DNA of 27,468 nucleotides from Phycisphaeraceae bacterium (GTDB lineage: Bacteria; Planctomycetota; Phycisphaerae; Phycisphaerales; Phycisphaeraceae), in assembly GCA_003551485.1 (NCBI GenBank), contig PUMS01000100.1, positions 1 through 27,468 of the forward strand. Direction: 5' to 3'. The notes beneath the pieces were generated by a model. It was not told where the DNA came from. It worked only from the letters and a program-made list of their open reading frames with translations, and did not search any database. A program made the translations under genes and the position numbers. Position 1 is the first letter of the stretch. Every line of letters begins with the position of its first letter. Positions 8,543 through 18,153 of the stretch are shown here, one piece after another.

Positions 8543-9940
8543 TCATTCCACGCGTCGGAAACGGCACGGTGTCGCCGGATTGTCGGGGTTGAAGAGCCAG
8601 GCGGTGATGCGGCCGGCCTCGATCACGGGTTGCAGGTCCCAGCACACCTCGGAGGCATCCATGCTACTGCCGTCAGCGCTGATGGTGCCATCGGGCCGCG
8701 GCACCAGCGGAAGGACCACGTGGCGGAAGCGAAGGTGCGGCCGGCCATCGACCTCATCCACGGCCAGATCACCGTAGCCCGGATGCATGAATCGGCCGCA
8801 TACCTTAGTGACGGGCCACGGGGCGCTGGGGCGGGCGAATCGGTCGGCGAGGCGTTTCTCGCCGCTACAGCGCAGGGTGCGTTTGCGCTCGAGGAAGCGC
8901 TGCGGCCACGGCAGCGGCTCCCAGCCGATGGCACGGTCCAGCAGCGAGAAGGCCAGCAGTTCCGCGGCCTCGCTCGAGGTGCGGTTGGCCAGGGCGCAGG
9001 CGGCGGCACGCCGCTGGGGCACCGCCAGCAGGTGCGACACATAGCCGCGAAAACCGCCTGCCCATTGCAGCATCCATTCGCCGCGATAGACCACGCTGCG
9101 GCCGGCCAGGGCCACACAGGGCTGGCGAAGCTCCGGCCAGGGCCCAGCCGGCAGCGCCAGCCGCGGTTGTGTCACCTCGGCCCACAGCGCCCTGGGCAGC
9201 AGGTCGCGGCCATCATGCACCAGCGCGCGGGCGAGCCTGGCCAACTCGGTAACCGAGCCGCACACCGCGCTGGCCGGCGCCACGGCCTCGAAGTCGAAAT
9301 CATCGACCAGGACCGGATCGGTTAAGCCGTTGGGCCCGTAGCCCAGGGCACGGTCGGCGTGGATAAACGCTTCCAGCCTCGTCAGCGGTGTGATGCCCAG
9401 CGGCGACAGCAGATGCTGCATCGCCTCGTGCCAGTCGATGCCGGTGGCCTTGAAGACCTCACCAAGGATGGTGAAGTGCAGGTTCTGGTAATGATGGTCG
9501 TTTCGAAAGCCGCGGCAGCAGTCGAAGTGCGGCAGGCGCTCGAGCAGCGCCGCAGGGCTCGTCGGCCCCTGCCACCAGGTCCAGTCGCCCGAGGGCAGGC
9601 CCGTTCGATGCAGCAGGCAGTCGCGCACATCGGCCCGCTCGGTGGCCACATCGTCACCGAACCGCAGTCCGGACACGAACTGCGACACGGGCTGGTCCCA
9701 TCGCAGCTTCCCCTCGGCGATGCGCTGGGCCAGGGCCAGGGCGGTCAGCGGCTTGGAGATCGAATACCACCGTGAGGGTGTGTCCACCGTCATCGGCAGG
9801 CGGTGAGCGCTATCGCGAAAACCCTGGGCCGCCGTGTGGGCTACCTCACCATCGACCACCACGGCGGCGGCCACGGCGGGCACGCGGTGCTGCCCGGCCA
9901 CGGTTGCGAGCAGCTCATCCACTTCCGCAAAACGGTCCAT
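8543..9940 (-). CDS. Serine hydrolase (beta-lactamase class C / penicillin-binding-protein-like family) with a C-terminal accessory domain
   Basis: Part of ORF 8543..10030. Probable start MDRFAEVD at 9940. SxxK motif (YSISKP), LLHRTGLP, YxN motif (HYQN). No signal peptide. Confidence 0.85.
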   Translation of the reverse strand: MDRFAEVDELLATVAGQHRVPAVAAAVVVDGEVAHTAAQGFRDSAHRLPMTVDTPSRWYSISKPLTALALAQRIAEGKLRWDQPVSQFVSGLRFGDDVATERADVRDCLLHRTGLPSGDWTWWQGPTSPAALLERLPHFDCCRGFRNDHHYQNLHFTILGEVFKATGIDWHEAMQHLLSPLGITPLTRLEAFIHADRALGYGPNGLTDPVLVDDFDFEAVAPASAVCGSVTELARLARALVHDGRDLLPRALWAEVTQPRLALPAGPWPELRQPCVALAGRSVVYRGEWMLQWAGGFRGYVSHLLAVPQRRAAACALANRTSSEAAELLAFSLLDRAIGWEPLPWPQRFLERKRTLRCSGEKRLADRFARPSAPWPVTKVCGRFMHPGYGDLAVDEVDGRPHLRFRHVVLPLVPRPDGTISADGSSMDASEVCWDLQPVIEAGRITAWLFNPDNPATPCRFRRVE

Positions 9941-10057
9941 GCGCTCGCTCCGGCGCCGACGGCGCCAACCACGTGGGGGCATGGGGGCCAGGCGCGTGCT
10001 GACAGTCCTGGCCTGAGTGTACGTCACCAATCGCCCGCCGCGGGCACCGCCACCACC

Positions 10058-11230
10058 TCACAGCCCCGCCAGTTCGATCAGCTTTTGCGTCGCCGTTTCC
10101 CTGAAGTCGGCGGTCTGGAACTTCTCCGTCACGCGTGCCAGGGCCTCGACCTGGGCGCAGCGGGCGGCGGGGCGGCTCACCAGCGGCTCCAGCGCCCCGG
10201 TCAGCGCTGCGGGGCCGCCGAAGTAGGGCACCAGTTCCTCGATCGCCCGCGGGCCATCCATCTCCGCCACGAGGTTGGGCAGGGTGAAGGTGCGGGTGCG
10301 AACGATCCAGCGGCCCACCACGTGCCACTGGAGCCGGCTCATGCGGTACATTGCCACCATCGGCCGCTGATGCAGCGCCACGTGCAGTGTGGCCGTGCCG
10401 CTGGTCACCACTGCCAGGTCGCACCAGTGCAGCACCTCCGGCAGGCGGGCCGCCCGCATGGCGATCGTGCCGGGGATGATCGTGTCGCCGTCGCGCTGGC
10501 GGATCATCGGTTCCAGCCGCGCGGCCAGGGCATCGCTGAAGGCCGCCACCGTGGCCACCAGCGAGGGATGCCGCGCCTGTAGCCTCGTAAAGGCATCGAG
10601 CATGGTCGGGGCGTTGCGGTCGATCTCCTTGGGCCGCGAGCCCGGCAGAATTGCCAGCTTCACCTCCCCCTGCGGGAGCGCGGCGACGATCTGCTCATCC
10701 GGCGCCGGGAAGTAGCCCGGCGCAGCGGCGGGGTGGCCGACGAACGTGGCCGCGATGCCGCGCTGCTCGAACCATGGCTTCTCGAACGGCAGCAGGCACA
10801 GGGCATGATCGCTCAGCCGCCGCATCCGCCGCGCCCGCCACGGCGCCCAAGCCCATAGCTGCGGCGCCACCAGGTGGATGATCTTCGCCTCCGGCCGCGC
10901 CCGCCGCACCGCCGCGCAGATCGACCAGTTGGCACCCGGGCTGTCGATGGGCACCAGCGCGGCGATGTCGTGCTCGCTCAGCCACTGCTTCAGCCGCCGC
11001 AATCGCCGCAGGTGCAGGCGCACCTGGGAGATGCCCGGCAGGAGCATGACGGCGTGCTCGGTGGTGTTGTCGATCAGTTCGACGCCCGCGGCGGCCATGC
11101 GGGGCCCCCCGAGCCCACAGATTGACACATCGGGATGCAATTCGCGCAGCCGCGCGGCCACCGCTGCCCCCAGTTCATCGCCGCTGGGCTCGAAGGCGGT
11201 CATCAGGATGCGCCGGCTGGGCGTTTCCAT
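10058..11230 (-). CDS. lpxB: Lipid-A-disaccharide synthase
   Basis: C-terminal part of ORF 10058..11581, start [18 protein letters not shown] at 11230. Motifs [54 protein letters not shown] and LPNL. Confidence 0.93.
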   Translation of the reverse strand: METPSRRILMTAFEPSGDELGAAVAARLRELHPDVSICGLGGPRMAAAGVELIDNTTEHAVMLLPGISQVRLHLRRLRRLKQWLSEHDIAALVPIDSPGANWSICAAVRRARPEAKIIHLVAPQLWAWAPWRARRMRRLSDHALCLLPFEKPWFEQRGIAATFVGHPAAAPGYFPAPDEQIVAALPQGEVKLAILPGSRPKEIDRNAPTMLDAFTRLQARHPSLVATVAAFSDALAARLEPMIRQRDGDTIIPGTIAMRAARLPEVLHWCDLAVVTSGTATLHVALHQRPMVAMYRMSRLQWHVVGRWIVRTRTFTLPNLVAEMDGPRAIEELVPYFGGPAALTGALEPLVSRPAARCAQVEALARVTEKFQTADFRETATQKLIELAGL

Positions 11231-11285
11231 CGCATCAGTGTACGGCCTTGCCGTGCGGGGGCACCGCCGCGGCGGTGGCGGTCGC

Positions 11286-11816
11286 TCAGAAGGCCACTCC
11301 CCTGAGCACATGGCCGCGGCCCGCGGCGGGGCTGTCGCCGAGCGCTTCCAAGTCCGCAAGCAATTGCCCGATGGTGCGGCCGAGCACGGGGTGGACCCAT
11401 TCGGCGGCGATGTCGGCCAGTGGCCGAAGCACGAACCAACGTTCGGCCAGCCGCGGGTGGGGCACCCGCAGGCCGGGCATGTCGATGACCGCATCGCCGT
11501 AGAGCAGCAGGTCCAGATCGAGCTCCCGCGGGCCCCAGCGCCGGCGCTTTTCCGCCGATGGCCGGCCGGCGTCGGTCTCAATGCAGCGCATGGCCGCGAG
11601 GAGTGCCGGCGGATCGAGTTCGGTCTGCAAGTGCAGTGCAGCGTTGAAGTAAGGCGACTGATCCACCGGCCCCACCGGCGGGGTCTGGTACACGCGGCTG
11701 CGGGCGATCAGGTGCGTGGTGGCGAGTTGGCCCAGCGCCGTCGCCGCCGTGCGAAGGTGGACGGCTCGGTCGCCGACGTTGCTGCCCAGCCCGATGAAGG
11801 CGTCCGCGGGAGGCAT
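11286..11816 (-). CDS. folK: 2-amino-4-hydroxy-6-hydroxymethyldihydropteridine diphosphokinase (HPPK)
   Basis: Motifs [45 protein letters not shown] and [21 protein letters not shown] at 11816. Confidence 0.95.
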   Translation of the reverse strand: MPPADAFIGLGSNVGDRAVHLRTAATALGQLATTHLIARSRVYQTPPVGPVDQSPYFNAALHLQTELDPPALLAAMRCIETDAGRPSAEKRRRWGPRELDLDLLLYGDAVIDMPGLRVPHPRLAERWFVLRPLADIAAEWVHPVLGRTIGQLLADLEALGDSPAAGRGHVLRGVAF

Positions 11817-11908
11817 CAGAGAAAGGCTCCAGATCGCGGCCCGGTCTGCCACGACACGCACGCGCGGCGGGCTGTAAGCCCACCCGTGCCCAGCGGCAGG
11901 TCTCTGGG

Positions 11909-11938
11909 TTGTCCGGGCGCCACGTCACCCGCTAACAT
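11909..11938 (+). promoter_or_regulatory. Putative sigma70 promoter for cysH, implying a ~140-nt 5' leader
   Basis: TTGTCC (11909-11914), 18-nt spacer, TAACAT (11933-11938). Confidence 0.45.
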
Positions 11939-12086
11939 TACCGTTGGCTCCTCAAAGCGGATGCGCCCAAGTGATTGCCAGCCCCACCCGATGCGGTGGC
12001 AGGCCGACCGGGTTAAGGTCGGCCGGTGGTGCCGGCCCCAAGGGAGCCCGGTCCAAGCCAACCCGAGCCTGAGAAAGGATATCGCC

Positions 12087-12839
12087 TTGACCACCTCGGC
12101 ACTCCCAGCGACCCCGATCGACCTCGATGCGGCCAACCGGCAACTCGCCGACGCCGATGCCCAGCGCATCATCCGCTGGGCGCGCGAGACCTTCGGCGAG
12201 GGCCTGGCGATGACCTCCAGCTTCGGCGCCCAGGCCGCGGTCATGCTCCACCTGGTCACGCGGATCGTACCCGACATCCCGGTGATCTTCATCGACACCG
12301 GCTACCTGTTTGCCGAGACCTACCACTTCGCCGAGCAACTGCGCCGGCGCCTGAACCTGAATCTGCACATCTACCAGCCCGAGATGAGCCCGGCGCGGAT
12401 GGAGGCGGTGTACGGCCGGCTCTGGGAAAAGGGCCTGGAAGGGCTCAACCGCTATGACCAGATCCGCAAGGTCGAGCCCATGCAGCGTGCCCTGCGCGAG
12501 TTGAACGTCACCGCCTGGCTGGCGGGTGTGCGTGGCGATCAGACCGAGCACCGCGCTGCTTTGCGCATCGTTGAAAAAAGCACGGAGGTCTACAAGGTCC
12601 ATCCCATCCTGAGCTGGCACCGCCAGGACGTCGACCGCTACATCAAGGACCACGATCTGCCCCTGCATCCGCTGGTGGCCAAGGGGTACACCTCGATCGG
12701 CGACCGCCACTCGACGCGACCGGTGAAGACCGGCGAAGATGAACGCGCCGGCCGCTTCCGCGGCCTCAAGACCGAGTGCGGCCTGCACCTGCCCCAGACC
12801 GTCGAAGAAGCCCAGAGCCGCGACGGCAGCGGTCTGTAA
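12087..12839 (+). CDS. cysH: Phosphoadenosine phosphosulfate (PAPS) reductase, type lacking the Fe-S cluster
   Basis: 3' part of ORF 10878..12839. TTG at 12087 after GAAAGGA. Motifs [46 protein letters not shown] and [13 protein letters not shown]. The CC and CxxC cluster ligands are absent (YDQIRK; SIGDRHST). Confidence 0.93.
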   Translation: MTTSALPATPIDLDAANRQLADADAQRIIRWARETFGEGLAMTSSFGAQAAVMLHLVTRIVPDIPVIFIDTGYLFAETYHFAEQLRRRLNLNLHIYQPEMSPARMEAVYGRLWEKGLEGLNRYDQIRKVEPMQRALRELNVTAWLAGVRGDQTEHRAALRIVEKSTEVYKVHPILSWHRQDVDRYIKDHDLPLHPLVAKGYTSIGDRHSTRPVKTGEDERAGRFRGLKTECGLHLPQTVEEAQSRDGSGL

Positions 12840-12866
12840 TGCCTGGTCTGAAAATCGCCCGGAAGA

Positions 12867-12886
12867 CCTCGCTCTACCCACCCTAC
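12867..12886 (-). repeat. Solitary half copy of the GTAG-type REP found at 23944-24161
   Basis: CCTCGCTCTACCCACCCTAC is identical over 20 nt to 24142-24161. Confidence 0.75.
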
Positions 12887-12905
12887 AGCATTCCTCGCCG
12901 AGGGG

Positions 12906-12934
12906 TTGTCGGCGTGGGCGGGTGGCGGTAGGAT
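12906..12934 (+). promoter_or_regulatory. sigma70-type promoter driving the cobalamin-riboswitch leader
   Basis: TTGTCG (12906-12911), 17-nt spacer, TAGGAT (12929-12934). It ends about 10 nt before the first riboswitch stem. Confidence 0.65.
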
Positions 12935-12944
12935 AGGGTTGCTT

Positions 12945-13177
12945 GACAGGTGCTCCCTGCCGCGCCGGCCTTGGGCCGGGGTGGCGGGGGGTGAAAAGGG
13001 AAGTGAGGTGACCGGACCTTCGGGGCCGGGATTCCTCCGCGGACGCGCCGCCGTGATGGGTGCTCGCCATCGAGGTGAGCGGCGCTGCCCACCATTGCCA
13101 CTGCCGGTCCCGACACGGGCCGGTGGGAAGGCGGGCAGCGGCCGGACGAACACCCAGAGCCGGAAGACCTGCCTGTC
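12945..13177 (+). promoter_or_regulatory. Cobalamin riboswitch (adenosylcobalamin / Cbl-I class)
   Basis: P1 GACAGG (12945-12950) pairs with CCTGTC (13172-13177). Also AAAAGGGAA..GAGGTG (12994-13010), GCGGACGCGCCGCCGTGA, GCCACTG (13097-13103), GGGAAGG (13125-13131) and the B12-box tail GAGCCGGAAGACCTGCC (13157-13173). Confidence 0.92.
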
Positions 13178-13346
13178 GGGTGCGAACGTGTGTCCTCGCG
13201 GTTGACAGGGACACCGGCCCGGCACTGTCTGCCTGCCCCGGACAGATTTCAAGCCGCTCGGTGCTCCGCCGCGGGTGACCCTTGTTGTCTCATGCAATAC
13301 AGGGCAGCGCCCCGCGCGAAACGGGGTGAGCACAGGAGCATCGCTT

Positions 13347-13964
13347 ATGCAATCGTGGAACGTTTCTCGAGGCTGTCGCTGCGCGCCGGGTTGGGCCCTG
13401 ATGCTGATGGCGGCCGTACTGCCGGCCGCGCCCGCAGCCGAGGCGGTTGTCCTGCCCGACCCGCTCGAGGTCGGAACCGGGCCGGACCGGGCCGAGCTTT
13501 ACATCGAGTTCAAGGATGGGGCGATCTTTCTGTTTGATGTCGGGTTTTCAGAGCAGGTGACGGGGCTGGAACTGCTTCAGATCGTTGAAGCGGAGACGCC
13601 GCTGGAACTGGTTCTTGAGGATTTCGGCTTTGGTCAGTTTGTGGATGGGATGCGTTTCGGTGGGCACGAGAACATCGGCTTCGGTGGGGGTGAGGACTGG
13701 TGGCATTACTGGGTTCGCGAACCGGGCGAGACGGACTGGCATTCTCCCCCGTTCGGCGCTGCGGATCGGACCGTGAACGATGGGGCCGCCGATGGCTGGA
13801 TCTATGGCCGTGCCGGCGAACCGATCTCCGAGTCGGCCATCCCCGAACCGGCCACTGCCCTGCTGGTGGGTGTGGGCGCAACGGTGTTGCTGGTGCGCCG
13901 CCGCCGCGACGGGGCGACGGGGCCGTCACGGCGCAGAGCGGGACAAGGCCAGGCAGGCTGGTGA
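13347..13964 (+). CDS. PEP-CTERM surface protein with a small transcobalamin-C-terminal / DUF4430-like domain (candidate B12-binding protein)
   Basis: ATG at 13347 after AGGAG. Signal peptide ending ...LPAAPAAEA. Core FVDGMRF...DWWHYWVRE..W.S..FGAADRTVNDGAADGWIYG resembles the DUF4430 pattern. IPEP-TM-RRRR sorting signal. The domain identity is by eye. Confidence 0.75.
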   Translation: MQSWNVSRGCRCAPGWALMLMAAVLPAAPAAEAVVLPDPLEVGTGPDRAELYIEFKDGAIFLFDVGFSEQVTGLELLQIVEAETPLELVLEDFGFGQFVDGMRFGGHENIGFGGGEDWWHYWVREPGETDWHSPPFGAADRTVNDGAADGWIYGRAGEPISESAIPEPATALLVGVGATVLLVRRRRDGATGPSRRRAGQGQAGW

Positions 13965-13987
13965 CTCACCAGAGTGGAGGATGAACC

Positions 13988-15220
13988 ATGAACCGCAGTA
14001 ATAGCCTCATGATGTCCGCCGCGGCGATCCTCACCGGCGCCGGGATGATTACTGTCCCGGCGCCGGGGGCCTTCGCCGCGGGTTTCGATCCGCTCGACTT
14101 CGCCGTCGAGGTGGTCGAGTATGTGCCGGGCGACGGTGTGGGCTTCGATATCATCAGCGGTCAGCCGTTCGACAACCCGCAGGTTGCACTGGGGCCGCCC
14201 ACGGTGGACACCACGGGCACCGGCTTCGAGATACCCGCCGACCAGGCGGTGCCCGTGGTGCCGGTTTACCCGGCGTTCCGCGCCCACGAACTGGTCACCA
14301 TTGGCGACGGCGGCTGGCTGACGTTGCGTTTCGGCCGGCCGGTCTACAACGACCCTTTCAACCCCTACGGCATCGACTTCATCATCTTCGGCAACGCAGC
14401 CCAGCAGATCGATGGCTTCCACGTCTGGAACAACGGCGACCCGAATCAGACCACCGTCGGCTCGGGTGCGATCACCGATCGCGGACGGGTGTCGGTCAGC
14501 CAGGATGGTGACACCTGGTACACGTTCACCGATGGCCCGTTCGCTGATGACTTCGCCCCGACGCTGGGGCGGGCATTTGACCCCGACAACCCCTACCGGC
14601 CCGACTCGGACTGGGACTGGAACCACTGGTGGGGCGGGCCGGCCGACCCAGGTGTGCCCCTGCCGCCCGGCGGAGAATTCGCTGACAAGGCCGGCCTGAC
14701 GGTGGCCGAGTATGCCCAGAGCTACCGCGACCCGGTCACGGGGCAGGTCTCGGCCGGCGGCACGGGCTTCGACCTGTCGTGGCTGGAGGTGGAAGGCGGG
14801 CTGGAGTGGATTCAGTACGTGCGGATCGAGCCGGCGGTGCAAGGGGCGAGGCCGGACATCGATGCGGTCTCGATCGTCCGGCCGCGCATCCCCGGTGATG
14901 CCAACCTCGATGGCCACGTGGACCTGCGCGATGCATCCATCCTGCTGGCCCACTGGGGACAGACCGATGTCACCTGGGTCCAGGGCGACTTCACCGGCGA
15001 TGGCGGCGTCGGCCCGGCCGACCTGGCGCTTCTGCTGGAAAACTGGAGCGGTCCCGCCCCGGCTCCCACGGCGATGTTCGATGCACTGGTGGTACCCGAG
15101 CCATCCGCATGGTGGCTGCTGGCCGCGGGTGCCGGCGGCTGCCTGCTGCGCCGCCGGCGCGGCGGGATCTCACTGCCCGTTCCCTCGGGGAGGCAACCAT
15201 GTTCTTTCGCACACCCATAG
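13988..15220 (+). CDS. Secreted PEP-CTERM protein with a type I dockerin-like repeat and an N-terminal BtuH-like / cell-surface domain
   Basis: ATG after GGAGGA. Signal peptide. Core [57 protein letters not shown]. Dockerin [22 protein letters not shown]...[21 protein letters not shown] (about 14894-15045). VPEP-TM-RRRR sorting signal. Confidence 0.8.
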   Translation: MNRSNSLMMSAAAILTGAGMITVPAPGAFAAGFDPLDFAVEVVEYVPGDGVGFDIISGQPFDNPQVALGPPTVDTTGTGFEIPADQAVPVVPVYPAFRAHELVTIGDGGWLTLRFGRPVYNDPFNPYGIDFIIFGNAAQQIDGFHVWNNGDPNQTTVGSGAITDRGRVSVSQDGDTWYTFTDGPFADDFAPTLGRAFDPDNPYRPDSDWDWNHWWGGPADPGVPLPPGGEFADKAGLTVAEYAQSYRDPVTGQVSAGGTGFDLSWLEVEGGLEWIQYVRIEPAVQGARPDIDAVSIVRPRIPGDANLDGHVDLRDASILLAHWGQTDVTWVQGDFTGDGGVGPADLALLLENWSGPAPAPTAMFDALVVPEPSAWWLLAAGAGGCLLRRRRGGISLPVPSGRQPCSFAHP

Positions 15221-16182
15221 CCATGAAACGCCCCCCGAACGGTGCCGGCTCCTGCCCCCCTCTCCCACCGGGAGAGGGGCCGGGGGTGAAGGAGGGTTCG
15301 GACAGGCCGCCGCGATTCTGCCCTCACCCCACTCCTCTCCCGGAGGGAGCGGGGGCCGGAGGGAGCCGGAGCCTCAGCCACGGGCAAACCCCGGTGTACC
15401 CGCCGGCCCAGCGCATCGGTTTTACGCTGATCGAACTGCTGGTGGTGGTCTCGATCATCGCAGTGCTGCTGGCGCTGCTGCTGCCGGCGCTTGCGGCGGT
15501 GCGCGGCGAAGGCTCGGCCGCGGTGTGCATGAGCAACGTCCGGCAGATGGCCACCGCCGCGCATGGCTACGCCGCTGACCATGGCGGCTACTACCCCCCT
15601 TCCTACTACACCCGCCAGGAAGGCGGCCGGATGGTCAGCTACAACTGGGACTTCACCACCTGGCGCGACTGGTCCAACCCCGGCAGCGGCATCGAGGTCG
15701 GCGGCGGCCTGCTGTGGCGCGGCCGGGAAGTGAGCGAAATCCAGCAATGCCCGGCCTTCGACGGGGCCAGCAACACACCGGCCGACCCCCACACCGGCTA
15801 CAACTACAACACCAGCTACATCGGCCGCGACGAGTCGCGCCGGCCCGCCGGCGCGGTGCCGCCGGGCTGGTTCCCACCCCCAGCGCGGCTGGCGGCGGTG
15901 TCGCGCCCGGCCCGGACGGCGCTGTTCGGCGATGGCGAGTACGCCGCCGGCGCCAACAAGTTCATGCGCGCCCCCTGGCCCAGCGCCAGCGACGGCTTCA
16001 CCCACCGCCACGCCGGCACACAGGGCTACCGCCACCGCGGCCGCACCACCGTGGCCTTCGCCGACGGCCACGCCCGCGGCTGGTCAAAGCGCCACACGCA
16101 GACGCTGGCGGCAGTGCAGGACCAGATCGCCGACGGCACGGGCTTCCTTTCACCGGACAACAGCCTCTACGACCTGGACTGA
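15199..16182 (+). CDS. Type IV prepilin-like (N-terminal methylation) protein with a C-terminal H-X9-DG motif (DUF1559-like pseudopilin)
   Basis: G|[24 protein letters not shown] (cleavage between 15420 and 15421), C-x-[17 protein letters not shown] and [12 protein letters not shown] (exact H-X9-DG, 16033-16068). The start is uncertain: ATG 15199 has a GGGGAGG RBS, and ATG 15223 and GTG 15394 are alternatives. Confidence 0.88.
   Translation: MFFRTPIAMKRPPNGAGSCPPLPPGEGPGVKEGSDRPPRFCPHPTPLPEGAGAGGSRSLSHGQTPVYPPAQRIGFTLIELLVVVSIIAVLLALLLPALAAVRGEGSAAVCMSNVRQMATAAHGYAADHGGYYPPSYYTRQEGGRMVSYNWDFTTWRDWSNPGSGIEVGGGLLWRGREVSEIQQCPAFDGASNTPADPHTGYNYNTSYIGRDESRRPAGAVPPGWFPPPARLAAVSRPARTALFGDGEYAAGANKFMRAPWPSASDGFTHRHAGTQGYRHRGRTTVAFADGHARGWSKRHTQTLAAVQDQIADGTGFLSPDNSLYDLD
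15255..15357. repeat. Inverted pair of CCCTCTCCC..GGGAGAGGG-type REP-like palindromes
   Basis: CCCCCCTCTCCCACCGGGAGAGGGGCCGGGGGTGAAGG (15255-15292) and GCCCTCACCCCACTCCTCTCCCGGAGGGAGCGGGGGCC (15320-15357) are imperfect reverse complements, and each contains an internal hairpin. Confidence 0.75.
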
Positions 16183-16356
16183 ACCGCCGCGGCCTGATTG
16201 ATGGACTGCACAGGCCAACCGTGAGCATCGTTCCCCATCCGTCATCCCACGATCGCGTGCATCTGCGGGGCCAACCCATCCATATTGCAGAGGAGGATCA
16301 CCGAAGACGTCTGTGGTTGCGGGGAACCGTTCGCAGTCGGTTGTGACGTGAGGGGG

Positions 16357-18153
<1,797 letters not shown>

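Noticed and set aside
11231-11581. Apparent N-terminal extension of LpxB overlapping folK (possible fusion or frameshift)
   Set aside because: The extension is low-complexity, out-of-frame translation of folK. LpxB homology starts at Met 11230, and folK has its own stop at 11286.
11944-12086. Calling the cysH leader a canonical SAM-I riboswitch
   Set aside because: The key SAM-I elements (AUC...GAU P1 pairing, GAGGGA kink-turn, GCAACC) are absent or degenerate, so it is kept only as an unassigned candidate RNA.
10878-12839. 653-aa ORF that looks like a long N-terminal fusion to CysH
   Set aside because: The first ~400 codons are the antisense shadow of lpxB and folK in GC-rich DNA. A good RBS with TTG at 12087 and a promoter at 11909-11938 explain cysH on its own.
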